Origin: Octopus bimaculoides
Lineage: Eukaryota
Assembly (NCBI RefSeq): GCF_001194135.2
Contig: NC_068987.1
Span: 64,751,261 to 64,803,253 of the forward strand
Reading direction: 5' to 3'
DNA: 51,993 nt
Numbering within the stretch: position 1 is the first letter of the stretch; every line of letters begins with the position of its first letter. Below, piece after piece: positions 25,551 through 38,136 of the stretch. Position numbers and translations under genes: made by a program. The notes under the pieces were generated by a model. It made no database searches, had not been told where the DNA came from, and saw only the letters and a program-made list of their open reading frames with translations.

Positions 25551-27481
25551 TGATGATGCATCACATTTCTGCGAATCAAGGAGACAGGCAAAACAAATAA
25601 ATGCTAAGACATGCTTATATCATCATTCAGCAACCTATATCAATGCCACACTTTTAGTTGCTAGGGAATCAGTAAAATAAATAAAGGTTTAGATATGCTT
25701 TTAATTGTTGTCATATTCATGGTTGCTAGGGAGATAAGATAAATAATTATTTGAGAGAGTGCTAAAGGAGGGAATGATAGCAGTTTCATGTTTGCTGGTA
25801 AGAGAGAGTGACAGATGCTAATAATGAGAGACCTACGACAGAGGGAATGATGGCCAGAAGTGAAGAATGATGGTATGGTATATTGATTATACATAGATCC
25901 AATGTAACCCTTGTTACCCAGAGATTGTGATGGGAGAGAGACAGAATTAAAAGGGTGGTGGTAGAGGAGGAATGAATATAGCTGAACATAACACGTAATA
26001 GATTAAAATACTATTTAAGGTGAATAAAATATTCTACTAATTGTTATTGAGATATACCTACATTATGGTTTTTTTCACAATGTTGTGTACAGTATTCAAT
26101 ATTGCGAAGAGTAGTATTGAACTAACAGACGAAATAGGTTCCTATAAGATTTGTTATGTTCAAATGTTCATTAGTAGGGAAGCCATTGTATATATGGCAA
26201 TTATCCACATAATTGCCTATTTAATATATTTAATGTATCTAATTTGTTTATCTGCATAATTGCCTCCTACACCCACTCAACTTGATTCCTCTCATAGCCT
26301 TTCTTTACCTTTCGGAATTGATCCTCTGTAAACATGTTGGAGACTAAGTTTGAATCTTTTGAGCACCACTAAATATCATCTATATGGAGAATCTCTGGAT
26401 CTCATCTGTGGACTATATACATTGTATATAGGTTGCCTAAGGAAACTCTGGGAAATAACTGACATGCAAGAATTAGGAGTCAAATCCCTGTTAAAACACA
26501 GCTTGCTGTCTAATAATATCTGCCCATTGTATGATGGGAGATACCCTTAGTAGTTAAACAACCAACCAACCAACCTAATTATCATGAGTGTCTACTAAGG
26601 TTAACTTTACTTTCCTTTAATTAAAAAAAAAAATGACAAAGATGAGAAGAAGGAAGTTTCTTGGCCAAAAATATTAACTAAAAACAATGCAACACAAACT
26701 TGTACTTAAACATCACTCAAACATTGCACTCATACTTAAAAAATGAGAGGGTGAAATTAAATAAAGGAAACTGAATTAATTTTTTTAACTTTATTTTCAA
26801 AAAGCTCTATTTTTAAGAAACTGGTAGGATTTTTATTGCTTTTTTATATTCATTTATACATTTTTGGCTAAGTAAAATATAAGAGGAACAAGCAAACTTC
26901 ATTATAGCCTTGGTTTTTGTTTTGTTGACTGGGTACAGGGATAATTCAGAAGTTCATTTTGCAACATTCAGGTCCTGGGTTGGGCAAGTGTCTTTTACAA
27001 TAAGTCAGGTGAACCCCAAGCTTTGTGAATGAAACCAGGCAGACAGAAATTGTATTGGAAGCTTGCCAAAGGGATTGTACTTCAAAGCAAAAGTCCGTTC
27101 TTGTCACATACTGCATTATGCTGATTCAGACTGAGATTTACACTGAAGGGTAAAAATGTCTATGGAATACTCAATCACTTACACAATACTTCAATGCTCA
27201 ACCTACGGATTGAACAAGTGAATGCTTATCATCAAAATTCAAGGAAAGCTTATCATTCTAATTTTATCAACTCTCCTGGATCTCCTTTTATACAGAAATA
27301 AAAAATATATATAAAAGCACAGGCATGACCATGTGGTGAGAAGTTGCTTTCCAAACACATGGTTTTGGATTCAGTCTCACTGCATAGCACCTTGGGTGAA
27401 TGTCTTCTACGATAGCCCTGGGCCAACCAAAGACTCAAATGGATAAGGTAGATAGAAACTGAAACAAGCCTGTCACACATA

Positions 27482-27517
<36 letters not shown>

Positions 27518-28084
27518 ATTTATTCCCCGCCACCGCTTGATAACTGGTGTTAGTGTGTTTACATCAATGTGTACTTAGTGGTTTGGCAAAAGAGACTGAT
27601 AGAATAGTACCAGGCCTTAAAAAAAAATATGTACTTGGGTCAATTCATTTGATTGAAACCCTTCAACCCCCAATATGGTTGCAGTTCATTGAATGAAACA
27701 AGTTTTTTAAAAAAATAGATAAAAGAAATATAAAAAATAATATGATTGGAGTCAGATTTGAACTTGTAATGATGAAGCGTAAAATGTAGGTAAGAAAGCA
27801 CATTCGGTGCAATGCCGTCCTCTACATCATTTTCAACAAATCTAAAATTCAAGCCAATGGTGAGCCCCTGTGGATAACTTCCATCTTTTAGAAATGATCA
27901 TTTCCTCTACAAGATTGGTATTCATTTTACTGAATCTAGTGAAATGAGAAACTTAGGTAAATTCTGGTGGAGTTTGAACTGAACATAAAAGAGCAAAACT
28001 GTAAGTTGGTCAGCATTCAGTTTTTGCCACCACCACTCAATCTTAAAATAATAATTTTATGATGAAAAAAAAAAAAAACAAAGG

Positions 28085-28209
28085 TTATAAATAATATAAT
28101 ACAAATAGATAAGGAATGAAGAACTGGTAGTTGAGGTGTGATATGATGTTTGCATTTCTTCTTGGTTGATTGGACGGATACGAGGGAATCTTTGGCTCAC
28201 ATAGCTCAT
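28085..28209 (-). other. Candidate further SPICE1 exon (3' UTR or C-terminal coding)
   Basis: Good acceptor attttatattttcAG at 28210-28211. It is followed by about 100 nt of more GC-rich, CpG-containing sequence open in two frames. Confidence 0.45.
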
Positions 28210-28276
28210 CTGAAAATATAAAATATAATTAGAACTCTAGATTTTGATGATGATAAAAAAGTTATGTATATATATA

Positions 28277-28316
<40 letters not shown>

Positions 28317-29353
28317 AAAGACCCCCCTTTTGTCACAAATGACCATGGGACTGCACCTAGAAAGTTTCTCACCAAGGCACAATTCTAGGAAAGGTTGTTT
28401 ATGGAAGACTTGTAGTCACCCATGCATACCCTTCTCTATGCTGCCGATGTTATCTAAGGGAAGAGCAAAGGCTGATACAGCTTGGCACCAGTGACGTTGC
28501 AGCTCATTTCTACAGCTGAGTGAATTGGAGTAATGTGAAATGAAGTGTCTTGCTCAAGAACACAACACAAAGCCGGGTCTGAGAATTAGACTCACTACTT
28601 CATGATTGTGAGCCTGACACTCTAACCACTAAGTCATGTGCCTTTACTATATATATATATATATATATATATTTAACCTCTTGACACTTAACATAAAGCC
28701 GCTTTTCTTGTTCTTTCTCTCTACTAGAGTCCCACTCAGTCAAGGGGATTTTAGTATTGCGTGCAACATGGTGACCTCACTAGTGTTAGTACCAAGAGAA
28801 AGGCCCCCAACTAAACTCAGTAAATTGGTTGGTGTTAGGAAGGACATCTAGCCATTGAAACCATAACAAAGTAGACAGAAGAGCAGAAAACACTCCTCTC
28901 AGATTCTGCCAAACTATCCAACCCATATCAGCAAAGCAGATGGGTGTTAAATGATGATGATGATGATGATGATGACAATATATATATATGTCATCATCAT
29001 CATTTAGCGTCTGCTTTCCATGCTGTCATGGGTTAGATGGTTTGACTAAAACTGGTAAGCAGGAGAGCTGCACCAAGTTCCCATCTGATTTGGCATGGTA
29101 TCTACAGCTGGATGCCTTTCCTAATGCCAACCACTCCGAGAGTGTAATGGGTGCTTTTACGTGCTGTTTGTGTGACACCGGGGTGCAAAATACCATGTGG
29201 TAGTTATACCACCCAGGTTGCACAGATACTCTTGACATTGTAAATATAGTGAGCAAGTAACTGACTGGTCAGAAACCTACAATTAATAATGTTACTATGT
29301 TCATTATTATTTTTTTCTTTTTTTAAATCAGACCTTATTGCCTCAAACACGAA

Positions 29354-29742
29354 CCCTTTTGTTACCATAATTTTGTTGAAATATATTAGATTTGTTTCAA
29401 TTAATTTTTAAAATAATGAAAACTTTATCAAAATAAATTTGACATGAAGAACATAAATTAGCATCTAATTTTGATAGAAGATAAAGCAGCAAGTTGGCAG
29501 AATTATTAGCATGTAGGGCAAAATGCTTACTGGCATTTTGTCTGTTTTTATGTTCTGAGTTCAAATGCAATCGCAGTCAACTTTGCCTTTCATCCTTTTG
29601 GGGTTGGTAAAATAAGTAATTTCTGGCCTTGTGCCAAAATTTGAAACTAATTCTGAGAAGGTTTTAATTTTTGATCAGTTTAAAATAGGAAATTTGATTC
29701 ACATAACTAAGGGTGGTCTCAGGCAGATTGGTATCAAAAGGG
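29354..29742. mobile_element. Second piggyBac-type MITE family with a nested SINE fragment
   Basis: TIRs CCCTTTTGTTACCA / TGGTATCAAAAGGG (13/14 match), TTAA on the right side; SINE piece at about 29485-29650. Confidence 0.65.
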
Positions 29743-29845
29743 TTAATCAAGACTTGGAACTAAACAACAACAATAAGGATGGGAGTGAAACAGCCAAAGA
29801 ATAAGTGAGGCGAACATTACACTTTAAAGTGCACTTACCAAATAA

Positions 29846-29902
29846 TTAAACAGCTTGATCAAGACATTCCTCAACAATGATAGGCGATATTGCTGGAGAT
29901 AC
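29846..29902 (-). CDS. SPICE1: SPICE1 coding exon L (VSPAISPIIVEECLDQAV*); the exon continues 7 nt past the TAA to a GTAAGT donor and ends at 29839
   Basis: Acceptor tttttctgtAG, donor TTG|GTAAGT. VSPAISPI resembles the recalled LSPPMSPV. In-frame TAA at 29846-29848. Confidence 0.75.
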   Translation of the reverse strand, partial: VSPAISPIIVEECLDQAV

Positions 29903-29960
29903 CTACAGAAAAATGATATTATTTTGATATTTTTCCTCAAATATGAATGGGAATCTTTAA

Positions 29961-30181
29961 CCCTTTAGCATTCAGATTTTTCTATCAAATGTAATGCTTA
30001 TTTATTTACAATGTTTTCAATTAATCATGCATTATCTTGTAGCTTTGAGATTTTGATGATGTGATTATTTATTTTTTAGAATGGCATTGTAGGGTAGGTA
30101 TGAGAGGCCAGATCTGGCCAGTTTGGACATAAAACAGGTAAAATAGTTTGGCCGGATATGGCCGGCTTGAATGCTAAAGGG
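29961..30181. mobile_element. piggyBac-type MITE with TTAA target-site duplication
   Basis: Perfect 14-bp TIRs CCCTTTAGCATTCA / TGAATGCTAAAGGG flanked by TTAA on both sides. Degenerate copies at about 425-570, 24235-24435 and 50845-51058. Confidence 0.85.
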
Positions 30182-31797
30182 TTAAAAATAGTTGAAGGTA
30201 AAATATGAATGAGAATTGGTATTTACAATTTTACAAGATATTAAGGATAAACTCTCTCTTCATGATCAGAACATACTGTAACTCTGATACTTTGCAGGAC
30301 ACAAGCATAAACTTTACAGTACTGTTCACATGTATACTGGTTGTTAAGATTTATTAGTTACAAACTAACCTAATTTAATTACTCAAAAAGAAATAAATGT
30401 TTAAAAAAAACAACAAAACAGAATACATCAATATGCTAACTGAATGTCCAACAGAGTTATAAGATTTTTAGCATTTTTTCCAAAACCTAAAATTCTTTGA
30501 TTTTCTTTTGCCAAGTAGAACTGTCTCTGAAACTGGTATTGTTGTAAAGTAAAAAAAAAAAAAAAAAGAATTAATTTGCATATTGCATTATCTATCAATG
30601 CACACAGAGATTCATATCTAAATGAATGCTATATATTTGACTGATATACCATCACTCACCAACGTATATGGTCATTTGCCTTGTCAGAAGTAACAATCAA
30701 AGCACCCTTCAATTTAAATCTAGTGTTTTCAAAATGGGACAAATTTAGTAATATATTTGAATAATATATTTGAATGAAAGAATGGGTATGTTACAACTGG
30801 AACATCTTCATTACAGAGCTGATTAGAGGCTAATCAGCAACATACTGCAATCACTCACATGCTATTAATCCAACAGCATGTTGTGTTTTCTACCACACAC
30901 ACACACACACTTGTTCCTGCTTTTCTGACTATTTCCCATTCTTGTTCAAACCCATTAATGCTTGATGATCCCTCCTCTCTGCATTATCTCCTTTTTTTTT
31001 TTAACTAAGTTAAAAAGGAAGGGGCAGTGCCCATGACTTTTGTAAGTCATCTCAGACTGTTCAAATGATGAACAGCTTGAACATTTGCAGGAAATGAAAT
31101 GTGGATATGAAGGGAACAGGGATCTGCCTTGAATGTTTGCAACAGAATGAACACTTCTTAAGACACTCAAGGACTTTGTAGTGAAGGTCTTGTTAAACTG
31201 AGCAGCTTGTTAAATCTGCCATACTCCCAGAATACCATGTTAAATATTTTCCCAATCCTCCTACCCAATTTCACTTCCCTGAAGTCACAATGGTCTCAAA
31301 GAAGAGACAAGAATTTCATATTTTTTATGTTCTCTTTGACGGTAGAATGGAGCTCTGGACCCTTTTTTGGAAATCACTATCTTACTTGCAGAAATGTCTT
31401 GGGATAATTATAGATTTGACAAATGGAACCTCTTGCAAGTAAACTATGATCCCTGTGTGGTAGGATTAGACTTAGGTTTATGGTTAGTATTAAAATGGTT
31501 AGGAGTCACAGTAGGAGTTACAATTAGTTAGAACTAAGGCTAGAGTACAAGCTCTAATTCACAAAGAAGTTTATTGTAACCTTATTCTCATGGCATGTGC
31601 ATTGCACAAGGAAGTATCTAGTGCAAGACTGTGCTTCAAGTTTTATATAATATTTATATCACAAGTTATATGCAATAAGGATAAGCACTTGGATAAGAGG
31701 GAGAATGATATTTAACAATTCCAATAAAGCAGTAAAAATATAACATGAGGAATTAAAGTAAAAACAGGAATACAATAAACTAACTCTATATACATAC

Positions 31798-32351
31798 ACC
31801 ATTAAATATATGTGGCGAGTTACTTCTTTGTTGTTCTAGAGTTTGAGGGTGCTCCTCATCTGAGATTTGGTTAGATGTAGGCAATGTTAGAACATCATCA
31901 GTTCCTTGTGCTCTCTGGAACTCAGTCTGAGATTGTCTTTCAAACTCTCCTCCAAGTTTCAACATTTCTTCCTGTTCTTTTCCACTCTGAAGAAATTTCT
32001 GTAAAAGTCTTTCTGCTTCTTCATGTTGCTTGTTTAATTCTTCAATTTGGCTGGCAAGGAAAGATTTACTTTCTATTTCTGGTGAAAGGCAGTTGTCTCG
32101 AGCAGGTATGTCTTTGTGAGTTTCAGGCAATACTGACTGAGAAACTGGTACATTTGCCGAGTTTATTGATTTAAAAGAATTAACAGTTGTGTCATTCTGA
32201 AAGGGGTACACTTCTGGAATTTGTCCTGGTAAAATAGTTTCAGTAACATGCTTATCTGATATAATTGAAGTGTTCAATGCAGGTTGTTGTGTCAAGTCAA
32301 AAATGGACTGCGATGCTGAGAGCTCAGCTTCATCTAAAAATTCTAGCGGAT
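31798..32351 (-). CDS. SPICE1: SPICE1 coding exon K (DPLEFLDEAE...LASQIEELNKQHEEAERLLQKFLQ...PHIFNG), phase 1-0
   Basis: Acceptor ttattcttacAG, donor GTATGT, 554 nt. QIEELNKQHEEAERLLQKF resembles the recalled [20 protein letters not shown]. Confidence 0.85.
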
Positions 32352-33604
32352 CTGTAAGAATAACATGAAACAAAATTTTACTGATTACTCAATACCTTTT
32401 GTGTTAAAGCTTAGATCAAGTCTTGTAACCTAAACTTACCTAGTTAGTAAAAGATTACACTCATTTCTCAGCTTAAAGGAAACAGACCCCTTATGAAAGT
32501 AACCAATAAGTGAAGATCAAAGGCTAGCTCTTAAATGTTGCAAAAGTAAATTTACTATTAATTGCATCCGCAAATTTTCAACTAAATATCTGAAGGACAA
32601 GATGGTCATGATTAGAATATCTTTATCCATGGGTTTTCTTGATCAGAGTTGATTTGAAGTTAAACAACAATTGCAAGGGTTTATGTATTAAGTATATATT
32701 AGGTGGTTGTCCTAATATGTTGCTCAGTTTAATTCAACTATCAGGTCCTTGGATGCATTTAGCAAAGTTCATTCTGTTACAAGCATTCAGACCAGACCCC
32801 TCCTTGTCCATATATTTCCTAAAGATGTTCAGGCTATGTATCAACCATATCAATCTCTCTGATCTAGGAAGTCATGCAAAAGTCAAGAGTCTTCCTCTTC
32901 TTTGACTAATTGATATATAAAAAAAGACCTCAAAATCTGCTTCTACCTCTCTTTGATGAAATGGTTTTTAAACCATATCTTTCATCCTTGTTTTTCAGTT
33001 ACAAAATTATTGGAGAACCATGGTCTAAGTTATTGGTTAAAACACTACAACAAATGTTATGCTCTAAGTCCACCTTAAACATCTCTGCAGTAGCCACCAC
33101 CAGGAGCTACAAGAAAGAGACAGAAGAATTATGCCAAGACTGACACAGTGCATTTCATACAATAAATTATTGCATGTTGGAGTTCCCATTGGGGTCTCTT
33201 CAACTCAGCAGTGGCTTAGTATCTCTAGAATGCTGAATGTAGATTGTTAGCATGCAAGTATATAATCGTCAATGTATTTCCCAAAGATCTATTTGGTTAG
33301 GATGATGGAGAGTTGCTGCTATCACTGACAGCTACAGTAGTGTTACAGTTATTGTATGTATTTTCCAAGAAAGCACTTTACTCTATTCTACCCTAGTGCT
33401 ATAAGCTTAGCTCCAGCAGAACTTACTGACACTGTTTCAAATCAACAATGAATTTTTAGATCCACTGCTGAATTTAAAATCCTATAGTATAAAAGAGCAT
33501 TTAAAAGAATATAATAATGCAACTGTAGAAAACTGTTTATCTGAAACTGCCTGCAAAATGGTAAATTATTAGAATTCATAAACTGTATTAAAAATTCTCC
33601 AGAC

Positions 33605-33763
33605 CTTTAGAATTTGAAGACACATGTGTTTTTTGCACAGGAGGAGAAAGCTGGAAAGCTGCTTTAAAACTGCTCAGAGTATTTCCTTGATGCGATTCAT
33701 AAACTGCAGAAGAATCATGCCAACCATTTGTATTCTCTTCTTCTGTTGCTGATCCAAATAGGC
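33605..33763 (-). CDS. SPICE1: SPICE1 coding exon J (LFGSATEEENTNGW...KAAFQLSPPVQKTHVSSNSK), phase 1-1
   Basis: Acceptor cttctaattcAG, donor AAG|GTCTGG, 159 nt. AAFQLSPPVQKT resembles the recalled PAVLLTPPRQKS. Confidence 0.8.
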
Positions 33764-35160
33764 CTGAATTAGAAGAATGATACTTTATGATAAACAGGCA
33801 CTTCATTATAGTTTTGTTCTATTTGCCTTATTTAATGCTTCAGCATCCATAGCATTTATGATATTGCATATAATGATGTATATATATAGAGAAATAATGA
33901 TAATGAGTAAGGCTCAATGTGAGTTTTCTAACACAAGATGTTAATACATAATCTATTCTAAGGAAACTAAGCTATATGGCACATTATTTCACCTTGTTCA
34001 TTTTGGATACAAATTTCTACCACCAACAAACCTATGGACAGACAGACATATAAAACATATGCAAGAAGCAAAATTGGATGCAATATGTGCAGAAAATCAC
34101 ATCGAATCTTACAGAAACAAATAGAAAATTAGAAAAGAAGGATGACATATTCCAGTATACTGAACCAGAGGATTAACTCTTGCTACATTATCCCCTGCAA
34201 AATTCAAAAGCTGCACGACAATGAGTACAACATAGTACAAAACCAGGCAATGATTATTTACAAGGTGACCTGAACCAGCACAAAACTTCTAAATTGCTAA
34301 AATGGATCTCACACAACAAAATACTGTATGATGGCCTATGTAGTAGATTTGCAATGTATTTATAGTGTGAGATTTGTGAGTTAACTTCAAATATTTCACC
34401 AAATATTATACCATCTAATCATTAGCCTGCTCATGTAGAATGGACTGAAGCTATTCACTCCTCCATCACCAACAATGCTCACTCATGAGACAACAGAGAT
34501 CAAAGAGAGGTGAAAACGAACAAGAAAAGTGCTGAAAACAGCAGCCACATTTCCCTTAAATTACACCTACCATCTCAAAAATAGCAAAGCAAAAATAAAA
34601 AGTATACATTGAGTGAAGTATACCTAGATTCATTAATCTTCAAAAAAGATGAAGTGATGTCACAATTAGAACTTCTTTGATCATAGGTCTCATTGATCAA
34701 AGTTGATCTCAGAGGAACAACAACTATAAGCAACAATCCTTTCTCAAATAATTTAAATGCAAATGTTCAAATATGAAAATTTCTGGCCTTTCCTATGCTA
34801 ACATAGAATGGTAGCTATAAAATAGATTTGTAACATTAGCAGTGAAAATGATTGATTAAACTAATCCCAGTATGTGACTAATACTCAATCAACCCTGTGA
34901 GGATTTGAACTCAGAATGTAAAAAGACTTGAGGAAATACTGTTAACCATTTTCTTTGGTACTCAAGTTATTCTGCTAACAAACTGACTGACAAAACTCTG
35001 GCTCCACCCTACTTGATGGTTGAAAAGGTTAGCAGTAGGAAAGGCTGTAAAAATAATTGCTTCAACAAGATATCTCCCAAGTATCACCCAGACTGTATAC
35101 TAAAGGAGAAGAAAAACCGCAATAAAAAGAAATGGTATTTGAAATTAAAGAAATGTGTAC

Positions 35161-35671
35161 GTTTTCTAGAGTCATCCAGAAAGGAGTGGAAACTGCAAGC
35201 AAGATGTGCCAGTTCTTGCTTTTGTTGCTGATGTTGTAGCTGCACAGTTGATTGATGCTTCTGTTGCTGTAGCTCAACTTGCACAGTTGTTTGCTTCGGT
35301 TGTTGATGGGTCTGTGTAGATGATTGCTGCTGTAGCTTTTGGACGTGTGTGTGTAATTGGGCATGGATTTGTGAAGACAACTGGTGATTGTTCTGTGAAG
35401 GCAACAGGTGATGGGTTGGTGAGGGCAACTGCTGATGTGTCTGTGAGGGCAACTGCTGATGGGTTTGAGAAGGTAAATGCTGATGGGTTTGAGAAGGCAA
35501 CTGCTGATGGGTCTGAGAGGACAACTGCTGATGGAGCAGAGAGGACAAACTGTAATTTTGTTGTTGTTGATGTTGTTGCTGTTGTTCGACTTCTGATGAT
35601 GACCTTTGTTGTTGAATCTGCTTCAAAATAGTGCCATTCATTCCAGGGCTAGTTAATAAATTGATTTTTGT
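35161..35671 (-). CDS. SPICE1: SPICE1 coding exon I, Gln/His-rich low-complexity exon, phase 0-1
   Basis: Acceptor ttttatattccAG; stop-free for 511 nt. The donor AAC|GTACAC is weak and was chosen because it gives the phase 1 required by the next exon, so the 3' boundary is uncertain. Confidence 0.7.
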
Positions 35672-35729
35672 CTGGAATATAAAAAAGAGCAACAACTTAT
35701 AAATAAATGAATGGCTAAAAATTTTGGCA

Positions 35730-35865
35730 TACAAGGCAGTCTCAAAAAGTTCCCAGATTAGTTATGTTAAATAAAAAATAACTTATTTATCAGTTTTAAC
35801 ATCATTTCCTTTGAAATAGTCACCTTGCATGACAATACACAGGTCCCAGTGTTCCTGAAAGAGAC
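35730..35865 (+). mobile_element. Mariner-type terminal fragment in a short SPICE1 intron
   Basis: Begins TACAAGGCAGTCTCAAAAAGTTCCC, similar to the MITE terminus at 38134. Confidence 0.45.
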
Positions 35866-35923
35866 GCTGAGCTAATTTAAGCTTGCAACAAAGATAAATT
35901 TCCTCCTTTCAAACACTACTTAC

Positions 35924-36016
35924 TTTCAGTGATGCAATTTCTTCATTTGTATTTCTTTGGTATTCTTTCATGTCTGCATAGAGACTGTTGTATTTATCTT
36001 GGCTCTCAATCAGATT
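35924..36016 (-). CDS. SPICE1: SPICE1 coding exon H (NLIESQDKYNSLYADMKEYQRNTNEEIASLK), phase 0-0
   Basis: ctatttcAG / GTAAGT, 93 nt. Continues the coiled coil; TNEEIASL resembles the recalled TDEQLISL. Confidence 0.88.
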
Positions 36017-37207
36017 CTGAAATAGAACATCTGCATTTAATACAGTCATTACTAATTTCTTATATTAATCAATACAATTTCTACAGCCACTATTTTATTG
36101 TTGTTGCCATTGTTGTTGTTTAGACCCAGAACAGTTTGAATTGAAGAGAACAAACTATGATGTAAACATTTTAGCAGTTTAAGCCAATGATAAAATCTTG
36201 AAACAGTCACTCAACCTTCATCAGTTCATTCACATTCTACAGACATAAAAAAAAAAAGACACATTCAGCATCTGAATAAAAATGAGATGATCAGGGTTGA
36301 AATGTCATTGACGATAGACTTGCTCCATCAGGGTTGACCTGGGACTATGCATCAGCATTCTGGCAGCAACCTCTTTATCATTTTTTTTATAGAGTTTAAT
36401 TTGGGTCCATAATATACAATATATCCTTCCTTTCAAAATAATACGTTGTGTTTTGAGGAAAATTTGGCAGTTATTTCTAACAGGTCATACTACAACAATA
36501 GCTTGTTGTCATTGTCATCATCATCATCATCATCATCATCTAATGCCCCCTTTCCCATGCTTGTATGGGTCAGATATTAATTGTTAAAACAAATTTTCTT
36601 TGGCCAGCTACTCTACCAGTTTCCCAGCAAAGTAATATTTCCCTGTGGCCAGGTGTTGTTTTTTGTGGAAGACTGGAAATGAACAATGCCACTTGTAATG
36701 ATGGTGATGCTCATTTGACTATTATCACATGATTTCAAGACAATCTCACACACAAACACACATAATCTTAATGTTAGTGTTGGATATTGCAGTTGTTAGT
36801 ATTCACTTTTATATTTCTTTTATATTTCTATTGCTACCCCCAGATCACTCTGTTCAAACAGAGCCATGACCATACTGTTATTTTATTCAGGCATAATATA
36901 TCTTGGACTACATTATCCATGTGTGCTTTCTTTTTTTAAGATGGTAGTCTGTGATTTGGGTTAGATTTGACTGATATTTCTATTAGGTTAAGGGATCATA
37001 TAGAAGCTTCCACAGTGGCTTGACTTTCGAGTGGTTAATTCCCTACTAATCATTCTTCAAATTATTCTGTTACTTTAGAAACACTTGACACACACATATT
37101 ATATCTATCTATCTATATATATTTATAGGTAAAGCAAATTTTAGAGGTAATACTTGATAATTGCAAGCACCTGTATATGCCAGATAGTGGCCGAGGTGAA
37201 GGAATAA

Positions 37208-37323
37208 ATTAAAAACGTAAAATTAAAACAGAACACAAAGGATTCCGCGGTACATGTGTATAAAGCTTGAAACACGTGTACTGCGGAATCCTTTGTGTTC
37301 TGTTTTAATTTTACGTTTTTAAT
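37208..37323. repeat. 52-bp inverted repeat with a 12-nt loop
   Basis: Arms 37208-37259 and 37272-37323 are reverse complements with 2 mismatches. Confidence 0.95.
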
Positions 37324-37688
37324 ATATATATATTTATACATGCACACATACACACACACTGGTGTGTGTGTGTGTGTTGGGCACATGATTATAAAATCAT
37401 TGATTTGACTCCTGGAGCAAGTGGTATAGTGTCCTTGAGCAAGGCACTTCATTTTGCACTGTTCCAGTCTGCACAGCTGAGAGGTGAGAAGTAGCAAGGT
37501 GCTGAAACAGCCCTCACTTCCGCCAGTTGTCATATCCTTGATATACTGCTAAGTCAAGGATGGGACCACTGAGAATGTATCTATGTCTGTTTGTGAGTAT
37601 ACAGGTACCTAAAATAATAAGCAAAATCATATGCTATTAAGTCATACTAAATTGTGAGCAAATGTCTATGTTATTTATATATATACAT

Positions 37689-38080
37689 AGGCACAGGAGT
37701 GGCTGTGTGGTAAGTAGCTTGCTTACCGGCCACATGGTCCCGGGTTCAGTCCTAATGTGTGGTACCTTGGGCAAGTGTCCTGTACTAATAGCATCGGGCA
37801 GACCAAAGTCTTGTGAGTGGATTTGGTAGACGGAAAATGGAAGAAGCCCGTCATATATGTATGTGTGTGTGTGTGTATGTTTGTGTGTCTGTTTGTCCCC
37901 TCAGCATCGCTTGACAACCGATGGTGGTGTGTTTACACCCCTGTAACTTAGCGGTTCGGCAAAAGAGACTGATAGAATAAGTACTAGGCTTACAAAGAAT
38001 AAGTCTTGGGCTCAATTTGCTCAACTATAAAGGCGGTGCTCCAGCATGGCTGCAGTCAAATGATTGAAACAAGTAAAAGA

Positions 38081-38081
<1 letters not shown>
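37689..38081 (+). mobile_element. Full-length tRNA-derived SINE (major family)
   Basis: Colinear with the 41409-41814 copy. Confidence 0.9.

Positions 38082-38133
<52 letters not shown>

Positions 38134-38136
<3 letters not shown>

Noticed and set aside
27640-27852. - strand ORF after a ttttAG acceptor (FVENDVEDGIAPNV...)
   Set aside because: Needs phase 2, which no well-supported upstream donor supplies, and it runs into a SINE.
30955-31407. Moderately GC-rich short ORFs between SPICE1 exons K and L
   Set aside because: No acceptor/donor pair in a compatible phase; K joins L directly with a homologous motif.
31455-31545. Degenerate TTAGG(G)-like run
   Set aside because: No perfect TTAGGG tandem; too decayed to call an interstitial telomeric sequence.
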